NCBI GenBank assembly: GCA_963727625.1
Contig: CAVSHR010000004.1
Coordinates: forward strand, 1,216,001 to 1,280,000
Length of the DNA stretch: 64,000 nt
Source of the DNA: an uncultured delta proteobacterium
GTDB lineage: Bacteria > Desulfobacterota > Binatia > UBA9968
Direction of reading: 5' to 3'
The notes beneath the pieces were generated by a model, which was not told the origin of the DNA, did not search any database, and saw only the letters and a list, made by a program, of their open reading frames with translations. Below are positions 18,507 through 27,547 of this stretch, one piece after another (the stretch's first letter is position 1; every line of letters begins with the position of its first letter). Both the position numbers and the translations under genes were made by a program.

Positions 18507-19862
18507 ATGGACGACGCGGTCAAAAGTGAAGTGGAAAAATTCATGCAGGGACTCATCCGGCGCAATCCCGGCGAGGTTGAATTCCATCAGGCAGTGCGCG
18601 AAGTGGGCGAGTCGCTCATGCCCTTCCTCCTCGATCATCGCAAATATTACGACGCGAACATTCTCGAGCGCATGACCGAGCCTGACCGCACCGTGATCTT
18701 TCGCGTAAGTTGGGAAGACGATCAAGGCAACATCCGCGCCAACCGGGCCTGGCGCGTGCAGTTTAACAACTCGATCGGCCCTTACAAAGGCGGCCTGCGC
18801 TTTCATCCGAGCGTCACTCAATCGGTACTTAAATTTCTCGGCTTCGAGCAGGTATTTAAGAACTCGCTCACCGGCTTGCCCATGGGCGGCGCCAAGGGCG
18901 GCTCGAACTTCAATCCCAAGGGCAAAAGCGACCGCGAAGTGATGCGCTTCTGCCAGTCGATGATGATCGAGCTGTTTCGCCATATCGGGGAGGATACCGA
19001 TGTGCCCGCCGGCGACATCGGCGTCGGCGCCCGCGAAATCGGTTTTTTGTTTGGCCAATTCAAACGGCTCGCCAACCGGGTCACCGGGACGCTGACCGGC
19101 AAAGGTCTCGCCTTCGGCGGCAGCCTGGTGCGCACCGAAGCGACCGGTTACGGCTGCGTTTATTTTTGCGAAAACATGCTGCAGCATCGCGGCGACACCA
19201 TCGCGGGCAAGATCTGCGCCATCTCCGGTTCCGGCAACGTCGCAATTTATTGCGCTGAAAAACTCATCCAGCTCGGCGCCAAGGTCGTAACCATGAGCGA
19301 TTCCAACGGGGCGATCTACGACAAGAAGGGGATCGACGCCGAAAAACTCGCTTTCATCAAAGATCTAAAAGAGGTACGGCGCGGCCGCATCACCGAATAC
19401 GCCGAGAAATTCAAAGCCGCCGAGTACCGCGAAGGCAAGCGGCCTTGGTCGGTAAAATGCCACGTGGCCTTTCCCTGCGCCACGCAAAACGAGGTCAGCA
19501 TGGAAGACGCACAGGCGCTGCTCGGTCACGGCGTTCTTGCGCTCTGCGAGGGCGCCAATATGCCTACCAATCTCGACGCCACGCGCTACTTACAGGCAAA
19601 CGGCGTGCTTTTCGCCCCCGGCAAGGCGGCCAACGCCGGCGGCGTCGCGGTTTCCGGTTTGGAGCAAAGCCAAAACGCCCTGCATCTCAGCTGGCCACGC
19701 GATGAAGTCGAAGAGCGGCTGCGGAAGATCATGAAGGAGATCCACGCCAAGTGTCTGCAATACGGCGGTTCGGCCAAAGGGCGGGTCGATTACATCAAGG
19801 GCGCCAACATCGGCGGCTTCGTCAAAGTCGCCGACGCCATGCTCGCCTACGGCATCGTCTGA
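18507..19862 (+). CDS. gdhA: NADP-specific glutamate dehydrogenase
   Basis: GPYKGGLRFH, GGAKGG, DVPAGDIG, RTEATGYG, GSGNVA, EGANMP; AAGGAG RBS before ATG 18507. Confidence 0.96.
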   Translation: MDDAVKSEVEKFMQGLIRRNPGEVEFHQAVREVGESLMPFLLDHRKYYDANILERMTEPDRTVIFRVSWEDDQGNIRANRAWRVQFNNSIGPYKGGLRFHPSVTQSVLKFLGFEQVFKNSLTGLPMGGAKGGSNFNPKGKSDREVMRFCQSMMIELFRHIGEDTDVPAGDIGVGAREIGFLFGQFKRLANRVTGTLTGKGLAFGGSLVRTEATGYGCVYFCENMLQHRGDTIAGKICAISGSGNVAIYCAEKLIQLGAKVVTMSDSNGAIYDKKGIDAEKLAFIKDLKEVRRGRITEYAEKFKAAEYREGKRPWSVKCHVAFPCATQNEVSMEDAQALLGHGVLALCEGANMPTNLDATRYLQANGVLFAPGKAANAGGVAVSGLEQSQNALHLSWPRDEVEERLRKIMKEIHAKCLQYGGSAKGRVDYIKGANIGGFVKVADAMLAYGIV

Positions 19863-20175
19863 GCGGTGTCCGACGCGCTGCGTATCATCCGCGACTCACG
19901 AGGCATAATGAAAATGTTGCCAACGATCCGGATGAAGAATATACCTAGGGTTCTAAACATCGGCGTTCATGACGCGAATGCGCAGCTCCGCAACCGGGAA
20001 ATTTAAACAAACTTTAGGAACCTGAGCTTTGCTCACCAATAGCCGCTGGAAATCGCCTTGAATTTTGAGGAAAAGCACGCGACTTAACCCTATCAGGCGC
20101 GTCCAAATTGAGGGCTGCGCGCATCGGGATCAGCGCGGCCGCCAGTGCGCCGGCGGCGCTTCCTGCACTCCCCCC

Positions 20176-20607
20176 CTAAGCTTTTTCCGGCCCGGACGGA
20201 ACGACAAGAATCGGACAGGGCGAGCCGCGTAGAACTTTATCGGTCACACTGCCGATCAGCATGCGGGAAAGACCGGTGCGTCCATGGCTGGACATGACGA
20301 TCAGATCGATTTGCTCATTGTCCGCGCATCCGACGATTGCGCCGTAGGGCTGGCCGGCATCGACCAGTTGGCGAATTTTCAAATCGCTGGCGAGATCGGC
20401 GATGGTCTTGGCAACGAATTCGGCGAGCCGTTGTTTGTGCTGTTCCATCTCCTGTTTACTGATGCGGTTGGTTTCATCGAGCATCACGACATTGAGGATG
20501 ACAACCTCGGCTCCTACCTCCTTGGCGGTTTGGCAGGCGTAACGCACGCCCTTGGCCGAGAGCTCGGAAAAATCCGTCGGCGCGAGAATCTTTTTTATGA
20601 TCGGCAT
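20176..20607 (-). CDS. Universal stress protein
   Basis: ILAPTDFS and IVMSSHGRTG...GSVTDKV motifs. Confidence 0.93.
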   Translation of the reverse strand: MPIIKKILAPTDFSELSAKGVRYACQTAKEVGAEVVILNVVMLDETNRISKQEMEQHKQRLAEFVAKTIADLASDLKIRQLVDAGQPYGAIVGCADNEQIDLIVMSSHGRTGLSRMLIGSVTDKVLRGSPCPILVVPSGPEKA

Positions 20608-20763
20608 AACCCACACTCCTTTTGAGGTAACTCTCAGGTAATTCGACGCAGGCTATAAAACGCCCGCCCAATTCCCAAAGACAGTAACTCCAAATGCGCC
20701 TTAATCTCAATCGAAATATTTACCTGGATAGGGCTCCGGCGGCTTGCCTGATGCGCACTCGTG

Positions 20764-21561
20764 TCAAGCCAATCCGAACAGCCGTTTGGCGTTGAGCGCA
20801 AGAATATTTTCCTTGTCAACGTCATTAATCTTCGCCGCCTGGATTTCCTCCAGCGTCGCGCAGCGCTCATAGCTCGCTGGCTGCGAGTAGAACAGGCTGC
20901 CGAAGATCAGCCGGTGGGAGCCCACCGCTTCAACGAACTGGCGCACGAAGGCCGAGCCGCGCACATGGGCGGTGTCGAAGATGATATTTGGCGTGCGCTT
21001 GGCGATGTCGAGAGCCAGCTGGCTATTGGTGTTGGTCGTCAGCGCGTCCATCGCCACCAGCGTGAGCTCGGGAAATTCCAGCGCGAGCCGTTCCAAGCGC
21101 CACACCGCTTCGAGGTTCGACTCGGCATTGGTGTGGATCAGCGGCACGAGGCCGAGTTCGCTGACTTTCTTGAGCAGCGGCCGCATCAGCGGGTGGTCGA
21201 CGGCCAATCCCTGAAACCGGTTGTGCCAAACTACTCCGTCAAATCCCAAGTCAAATTTTATCCTTTCCAGCTCGCCCAGCGAGCGCGAGCCGTGGAGCGG
21301 CTCGACGATGCCGCAAGCCACCGGAAAGCGCCTGGGATTAAGCCTGCGATAGGCAGCTACGCTATCGTTGCAGCGCATCGTGTCCTTGATACCGTCCGCC
21401 TGAATGTATCCCGTGGCGGCGAGAATTGCCGCCAGAGCCACGCCGTTGGCGTCCATGATGCGCACCCGGTTGGCGTAATCGCGCTCCTGCCAGCGTTCGC
21501 CTCCCTGCAGGCTGCCGCCGCTCAGGGCACCGAGATGATGATGGATATCGAAGATTTCCAT
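20764..21561 (-). CDS. Amidohydrolase-2 family protein
   Basis: N-terminal DIHHH, TIM-barrel pattern, C-terminal KENILALNAKRLF; GGAGGAG RBS. Confidence 0.8.
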   Translation of the reverse strand: MEIFDIHHHLGALSGGSLQGGERWQERDYANRVRIMDANGVALAAILAATGYIQADGIKDTMRCNDSVAAYRRLNPRRFPVACGIVEPLHGSRSLGELERIKFDLGFDGVVWHNRFQGLAVDHPLMRPLLKKVSELGLVPLIHTNAESNLEAVWRLERLALEFPELTLVAMDALTTNTNSQLALDIAKRTPNIIFDTAHVRGSAFVRQFVEAVGSHRLIFGSLFYSQPASYERCATLEEIQAAKINDVDKENILALNAKRLFGLA

Positions 21562-21804
21562 GGCTCCTCCTGAAAACTTTCAGCCGTTCATAAGCGGCCT
21601 TGCGAGCCCGAATCAAGCAGCCTGCACAGCGTTCGGCAAGGCAAACTTACCGGATTGAGTTCGGGCGAACGACTCCCAATGAACGCCACAGAAAAACATT
21701 ACGCGTTTAGACTCACCTAAGATCGGTTTGGTCGATGCACACACCGGCGGCGTGCACTTTCGGTCCAGCGGGTTGGCATTACCTCGGCGCTGCGCGCAAT
21801 GCGC

Positions 21805-21933
21805 TCAGGCCGTTTTTGCTTGGGGCGGCGGCGTCCGTTTGCCGATCTGCTCGCCCCGGGGCAGCTGCTGATACTTTAAAGTGACGCGCTGGTCCATCGC
21901 CGCATAGGTCTTCGCCCAATCATTCCGGCTCAT
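21805..21933 (-). CDS. Small hypothetical protein, 42 aa (below the ORF-track size range)
   Basis: MSRNDWAKTYAAMDQRVTLKYQQLPRGEQIGKRTPPPQAKTA after a strong AAAGGAGA RBS, 36 nt after the upstream stop. Confidence 0.5.
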   Translation of the reverse strand: MSRNDWAKTYAAMDQRVTLKYQQLPRGEQIGKRTPPPQAKTA

Positions 21934-21969
21934 CGGTGAATCTCCTTTTTTACTATGAAAACAATCATT

Positions 21970-22731
21970 TCAAATTGCCGGCGCGTAATTCCCGCTCAGC
22001 AACGTACCGCCGCCGGGGACCTGATTCTCTATTTTTAGCATTCGATAGGTCAGCCACATCTCCGCCGCCAGCGCCCAGATGACTTTGATCTTCAAGTCGC
22101 GCTCCAGATAATCGATCGCCGGCGCGGCGTCCCAGCCGCCACCGTTAATGTAAACCGCTTGCACCGAAGGCAGCTTTGACAGGCCGTTTTTGCAATGGCG
22201 ATAAACGTCCATATGCGAAACTTCATCCAACGCGGCAAGCGAAGTCGTATACAGCCCGGAGTTCTGCCCAGTCATGCTCAAGCCCGACATCAGCTCCGAT
22301 TCGATGCCGAAGCGGGAGAAATATTCGACGATCGCTTGATTGAGCTCGCGGCCGTAGTAAGTCGCCACTGCCACTTTTTTAACCCCGAGCGCCTGCAGCG
22401 CCATGGCGTGCGGCTCCATCGGCGTCACCACGGGCAGGCCGATTTTCTCCGAGAGCTCGGCCGCCCACTGCCGCTCGAAATCGAGACCCTTGAGTAGAAA
22501 CGGCGGCGTGCCGCTGACCGAAATAATATCGCAGCCGACCTCTTTCAGTTGAACGGCCAGCTCTTCGGCTTTCTTGAAGCCTTCGAGAAAACTCTCGCGC
22601 CGTTCGCTGCGAAAACCGATGAAGGTCGGCACGATCTCGACCCCCTCCGGCGCGTGTTTATACCAGTAGGCAAATGACTTGCCGCGATGGGTCGGCTTGA
22701 TCAAACCAATGCGCGCGCGCCACGCAACCAT
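21970..22731 (-). CDS. Maleate isomerase/arylmalonate decarboxylase-like (Asp/Glu racemase superfamily) protein
   Basis: WRARIGLIKP start, ALGVKKVAVATYY, LERDLKIKV and GGGTLL end typical of the family. Confidence 0.8.
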   Translation of the reverse strand: MVAWRARIGLIKPTHRGKSFAYWYKHAPEGVEIVPTFIGFRSERRESFLEGFKKAEELAVQLKEVGCDIISVSGTPPFLLKGLDFERQWAAELSEKIGLPVVTPMEPHAMALQALGVKKVAVATYYGRELNQAIVEYFSRFGIESELMSGLSMTGQNSGLYTTSLAALDEVSHMDVYRHCKNGLSKLPSVQAVYINGGGWDAAPAIDYLERDLKIKVIWALAAEMWLTYRMLKIENQVPGGGTLLSGNYAPAI

Positions 22732-22777
22732 TCAACGATCCTCCGTATTCGTGATTGATTCGCTTCACTGATCGATC

Positions 22778-23509
22778 CTAAAACAAGAGCTCGAAGACGG
22801 CTAGCAAATAAATTCCGGCCAGTTGTTTAATTTCGGCCGCTTTAAGACATGCCTCATACATCTTTTTGTAACGATTGCGCAATTTGCTCAACTCCGCATC
22901 GGGCGCCAAACACTTGGATGGCGGAAACGACGGACCCGCTAGATCGCGATCATTCGCGCCATCTGTGACTTTGGCCAGGCCATGTTCAAACAGCGGCAAC
23001 GCGTCGGCGTGACGGCCGGTCTCGTGATAGGTCGCCGCCAGCGGCAGATTGGTGAAATACTGATCGGGTTGTAACTGTAAAGCCAGCTTCTGAACAAACT
23101 CCGCTTCTTTATAGCTCCCTGCTGTTTGCAGACGAAAACCGAAAGCTGAGAACAAGCAAGCGATCTCCGCCACCGCCGCCTCCGGCTCGAGCTTAGCGAA
23201 TTCGGGATATTGCTTGCGCTGATAACCGGAATCTTCCGAAACCGAGACAAAACGCATGAGGTCTTCCTTGCTTTCGAATCGCGAAACCAATTCGGCGATA
23301 AGACTCAGCGGCAGCTTTTTCCAATGCGCCCGGGTTGCGAGCAGCCGCAAAAGCGCTTCGCGCTCGTTGAGACCGGCCTTTTCCAGCGCGCGGTAGCGGC
23401 GCAACATCGCGGTCACCCGCGCCTTGGGCGTACCGACCCGTCGCGTCGATAATCGATAGAAGGTCACGGCCGCAAACAAACACAAAAGCCAGAAAAACAA
23501 ATTATCCAT
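22778..23509 (-). CDS. Hypothetical membrane-anchored protein with a TPR-like segment
   Basis: N-terminal hydrophobic segment; NLPLAATYHETGRHADALPLFEHGL resembles a TPR. Confidence 0.6.
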   Translation of the reverse strand: MDNLFFWLLCLFAAVTFYRLSTRRVGTPKARVTAMLRRYRALEKAGLNEREALLRLLATRAHWKKLPLSLIAELVSRFESKEDLMRFVSVSEDSGYQRKQYPEFAKLEPEAAVAEIACLFSAFGFRLQTAGSYKEAEFVQKLALQLQPDQYFTNLPLAATYHETGRHADALPLFEHGLAKVTDGANDRDLAGPSFPPSKCLAPDAELSKLRNRYKKMYEACLKAAEIKQLAGIYLLAVFELLF

Positions 23510-23894
23510 CCGAACCCGCCTGTTTCATGAAAAACACGCAACCCTTTTAGGGTCAAGTCATGGTGGCGGCAGTCAGCCTGGCACAGCGGACTAGCCGTTT
23601 CTAATCGCTCGAGGGCGCAAACCAAAACGCCTCCTGCTCGGCACAAAGAGTTTCACGACAGCTAGAATTGTCGGTCCGTTCACCGGCGGTATTTAAAACT
23701 TGCAGTTTACAAGGGTACCAGGCTTTACACCGCAATAGAATGACCGAATCCGCCATACTTTGTACAATATTGTTATTTATTGACTAGGGATGATTCCCAA
23801 GAATTCGCTCAAAACCCGGCCGGCGGCCGCTTTCAATGATACAACTCCCTGTCCAAGCTATACTTATCCGCTCTTGACGGATCCGAGAAGTTCT

Positions 23895-23910
23895 AGGCAT
23901 TGGACTTGCT
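23895..23910 (+). promoter_or_regulatory. Candidate sigma-54 promoter
   Basis: AGGCATTGGACTTGCT with correct GG-N10-GC spacing, upstream of the ORF at 24070. Confidence 0.4.
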
Positions 23911-24069
23911 TATGGTTGAGTCAGTGGCGCCATTTACCGTGAAACACACTCTCGAACAGGGCGTCAAGCATGGGAAATTGAGCGTCGGAATCGTGATGCG
24001 ATCATTCCTTTCGTCGAGTGCCGTTGAGTAGGACAGCAGGAATTTGAAAAATTAAAGGAGCTTAGAGCG

Positions 24070-24345
24070 ATGATTGAACCCGACCAGTTGACCGATCCTG
24101 AACGAAAATTGTGGGCCCACGTGCTGCTGCAAGCGCTAGCGGATCTTGGCAATCACGATCCCATCGCGCGACCTGCGCGGCATTGGTTTACTTCTAGGGA
24201 TGATTCCATCGGAAGCTTTATTTGGATCTGCCATCATTTGTCGATGGATCCGGCTGCCGTGCGCCAACGCGTTCTGAGAGATGCGAATCAAAAGATTCGC
24301 GAATCGATTGCTGCCCGGGCCCAAGCGACCAATCGCGCCGCGTAA
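24070..24345 (+). CDS. Hypothetical small helical protein
   Basis: AAAGGAG RBS; ERKLWAHVLLQALADL...ARHWF...SFIWICHHLSMDP pattern. Confidence 0.7.
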   Translation: MIEPDQLTDPERKLWAHVLLQALADLGNHDPIARPARHWFTSRDDSIGSFIWICHHLSMDPAAVRQRVLRDANQKIRESIAARAQATNRAA

Positions 24346-24759
24346 GCAAAAGATTGCTTCACAGCCGAGTCGCACAGGCTTTGGAGGCTTTCACCGGTGG
24401 CCGATGTCTCCGGCTTCAGCGAGCACGATAGGGTGTCCAACCTTATCGCGAATCGTTGAGTCAACCGAACGACTCTTGGCTTCACCACGCTAGGTAAATA
24501 AGTTAGTCGGCCACTTGCGTAGATTGCGCCCGCGGCGCCATGCTCTTCATTTATCAAATTTCATGTCCCGAGCGAACCGAATCCTGGGCGCGAAAATTTC
24601 GCTTATTCGCGCTCAGCCTCAAATTCCACAACGGTCGAGATCGGGGCAAACTTGATTTCTAGATCCCGCTAGGATTGTCAAAACAACTCCATTGCGCTAA
24701 CTCGGATTGGCAATGTATCTCAGCGGATTCGGCGTTTCATATGCACCCGAGGGGAACCT

Positions 24760-25833
24760 ATGAGCCAGGATTTCGTCACCAATCACGAAATCATAATGGC
24801 GGCGCGGCGCAATCTTACGGACAATGTGTGGCACTACTTAACCGGCGGCGCCGAGTCCGAAACCACCATGCGGCGCAACCGCTTCGGCTTGGATAGCCTC
24901 GCCTTTCGTCCACGCGTGCTGGTCGACGTGTTCAAGATCGACACCGGCGCGACATTTCTCGGACAGAAACTTAAGATCCCCGTCATGCTCGCGCCAATCG
25001 GTTCTCTGCAATCGATCACGCCCGCCGGAGGCGTCGCCGTCGCCAAGGCCGCCGAAGAATTCGGCACGGTGAATTTCGTTAGCTCGGTGACTCAACCGAG
25101 TCTCGAAGAGATCGCCTGGGCCAGCCGTAACCCAAAAATTTTTCAGCTCTACGTGCAGGGAGACCTAAAGTGGGTCGAAAATGTTCTGACGCGCGTCAAG
25201 CAGTCCGGCTACGCGGCTCTCTGTTTGACCGTCGATACGGCGCGCTATGGCCATCGCGAGCGGCAGATGATGGACCGCTGGCTGCCGCCCAGCCGGCGCG
25301 GTGCCGGCTACGAATATCGCGCCGGCCTCACCTGGGAAATCATGGACGCAATCAAGGCGCTGGCTGGGCTGCCTTTCGTTCTCAAAGGCGTGGCCACGGC
25401 TGAAGACGCGGCCCTAGCCGTCGAGCATGGCGTCGCCGCGGTCTATATTTCCAATCATGGCGGGCGCCAGCTCGATTTTGGCCGGGCAACTATAGCGATG
25501 CTCCCGGAGATCGTCGCCGCCGTCGGCGGCAAGGCCGAGATCGTACTCGACGGCGGCATCGTGCGCGGCACCGACGTGCTCAAGGCGATTGCGCTCGGCG
25601 CGCGCGCCGTGGCCATCGGCAAGCTCCAGGGCTGGGGACTCGCAGCGGCCGGTCAAACCGGCTTGGTGCGGGTTTTGGAAATACTCGAAGGCGAGATTGT
25701 AACCGCCATGGGTTTGCTCGGCGTCACGCGGCTTGACCAATTGACGTCGGCCTATCTGTGCAACGTGCAACCTCTAGCTCCGACCCATGAAATGAGCGCC
25801 TTCCCGCATGTGCCCGGCGGCCGCCTGCTATAG
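24760..25833 (+). CDS. FMN-dependent alpha-hydroxy acid oxidase/dehydrogenase
   Basis: FRPRVL, FQLY, LTVD, SNHGGRQLD and DGGIVRGTD motifs. Confidence 0.93.
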   Translation: MSQDFVTNHEIIMAARRNLTDNVWHYLTGGAESETTMRRNRFGLDSLAFRPRVLVDVFKIDTGATFLGQKLKIPVMLAPIGSLQSITPAGGVAVAKAAEEFGTVNFVSSVTQPSLEEIAWASRNPKIFQLYVQGDLKWVENVLTRVKQSGYAALCLTVDTARYGHRERQMMDRWLPPSRRGAGYEYRAGLTWEIMDAIKALAGLPFVLKGVATAEDAALAVEHGVAAVYISNHGGRQLDFGRATIAMLPEIVAAVGGKAEIVLDGGIVRGTDVLKAIALGARAVAIGKLQGWGLAAAGQTGLVRVLEILEGEIVTAMGLLGVTRLDQLTSAYLCNVQPLAPTHEMSAFPHVPGGRLL

Positions 25834-25886
25834 AGCCAGACGAACAGCCGAAGTTTGCTCAGCGCCCGGCGACAAAGTCTAGACCG

Positions 25887-26999
25887 CTATTTTTGCTTAA
25901 CCTTGGCCAAAATTTCGTCGACCAGTTTTCGCAGCGGCTTGACATCTTCGTATTGCGGCAGGCTGGACAAGAGATACCTGCCCCCCTCCTTCGGCACCTG
26001 TTCATCCCGGTAGCGAATCATATCCTTGGGAATATCGGTGCGAAACGAATTTCGCCCGGTGAGTTTCTGCCAAGTGAGTTGGCCGTCGCGTGACAGAAAC
26101 CAGTTGATGTAAACCTTGGTCGCGTTGGGATGGGGACCGTTTTTAAAAGCGACGATATGTCCCGACCCGGTACTGATCGTGTCGCCCTCTTTCTCGCTGA
26201 AAATCTGCCTAACCGGCAACCCTTGTTTGCGCGCGTTTTCGGTGTTCTCGAACTTCGCGAGCACATGCATGTAATATTTTCCGGAGCCGACCCAGTCCAT
26301 CATCTGATGCTCGTCGGCGGCGAAAGTTATTTGCGTCTCGGTGAGCAGCCGCGTGATGTACTTCGGGCCGAGATCGGGACTGTAGTATATAAATCTCCAA
26401 TTGCCGATATTGCCAGCCGAATTCGGATCGGTCATGACCAACTTGCCGCGATATTTGGGCGCGAGCAGGTCCCACCAAGAGTCGATTTCGCCGAGTTTGA
26501 TAAAATTGGTATTGATCGCGCCGATGCCCGAGCCTGCATCCCCCTGGGCCATAAAAACATACTTCCCTTCGGGATCGGAGTAGAGATGCTTCTTTGACCA
26601 CCATTTCGCCGGATCGACGACGTCGGGAAGAATCAACTGGGGGGGGATCGGCTGCAACAAACCGCCCTTGTAATAGACCAACACCATGGTACCGCCGCCG
26701 CCAATGCTCAAATCAACGAGATGTTTATCGGCACGGCGCTCGGCCATGATTTTTTTCGCCAGGTTGCTTCCCGAACCGCCGACGAAATTGATTTTAATCT
26801 TCGGATAGGCGTCCTTAAACGCAAGTATCGCCCTGCCCACGCCGGCACGAGACTGACCGTAGATCGTCACCTCGCCTTCCTTTTCAGCCGCGGATACGGT
26901 CTTGTCCCAATCCTGCTTCCAATCGCCGTAAACCGATGCCGCAAGAGTGACGTTAACCACCAATACCGCAAATAAATTTGCCGTGAGTGAAATTTTCAC
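25887..26999 (-). CDS. ABC transporter extracellular solute-binding protein (Fe3+/polyamine-like cluster)
   Basis: Signal peptide; AAEKEGEVTIY, SWWDLLAPKYRGK and PHPNATKVYINW motifs. Confidence 0.85.
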   Translation of the reverse strand: MKISLTANLFAVLVVNVTLAASVYGDWKQDWDKTVSAAEKEGEVTIYGQSRAGVGRAILAFKDAYPKIKINFVGGSGSNLAKKIMAERRADKHLVDLSIGGGGTMVLVYYKGGLLQPIPPQLILPDVVDPAKWWSKKHLYSDPEGKYVFMAQGDAGSGIGAINTNFIKLGEIDSWWDLLAPKYRGKLVMTDPNSAGNIGNWRFIYYSPDLGPKYITRLLTETQITFAADEHQMMDWVGSGKYYMHVLAKFENTENARKQGLPVRQIFSEKEGDTISTGSGHIVAFKNGPHPNATKVYINWFLSRDGQLTWQKLTGRNSFRTDIPKDMIRYRDEQVPKEGGRYLLSSLPQYEDVKPLRKLVDEILAKVKQK

Positions 27000-27350
27000 C
27001 GGACACCACCTTTCATGTTTTTACCGCACTCGGCCAAAGTAGCCGCTCTTTTGCTGATAGCCGCGTAAAGCTTTACGGTCAATAGCGCGGCCAATTTCGT
27101 GCTGAGTAGTCGCCCTCGCCGGCTGGACAAACTTATTCTGGGATTGAGAGCTCTGCGCCTGCGCCAATACCAACGTCGAGTTCCATACTCGAAACGAGTC
27201 GCGGCGCAAGAACTAATCTCGATGAGTTGAAAAATGCGTCGGCATGACAGCGAGAGCGGGCCGATCGTAGAGTTCTCGCACGCCCATCATGCTCGCTTAA
27301 TGCGGGAATCGCCGCGATTGCAACCGCCCGTAGACGAGTTTCAATAACCG

Positions 27351-27439
27351 TGGTGCCCGGAGCCGGACTCGAACCGGCACAGACCTTTCGGTCCGAGGGA
27401 TTTTAAGTCCCTTGTGTCTACCTATTCCACCATCCGGGC
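27351..27439 (-). tRNA. tRNA-Leu (anticodon TAA)
   Basis: Sense GCCCGGATGGTGGAATAGGTAGACACAAGGGACTTAAAATCCCTCGGACCGAAAGGTCTGTGCCGGTTCGAGTCCGGCTCCGGGCACCA: cloverleaf, long variable arm, encoded CCA. Confidence 0.97.
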
Positions 27440-27447
27440 ATGATCAG

Positions 27448-27508
27448 GTGAAACGTGAGACGTTAGGTGTCATGGTTTACCCATCGACCCCTAACGCCTC
27501 ACCTTTAC
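27448..27508. repeat. Imperfect inverted repeat with about 7-nt periodicity
   Basis: GTGAAACGTGAGACGTTAGG ... CCTAACGCCTCACCTTTAC between hppA and the tRNA. Confidence 0.5.
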
Positions 27509-27547
27509 GCGATACTGAAAGGTAGCTTACATCGGTTGGAAGTGTTT

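Noticed and set aside
27021-27351. Genomic island integrated at tRNA-Leu
   Set aside because: No integrase and no visible duplicate of the tRNA 3' end within the window.
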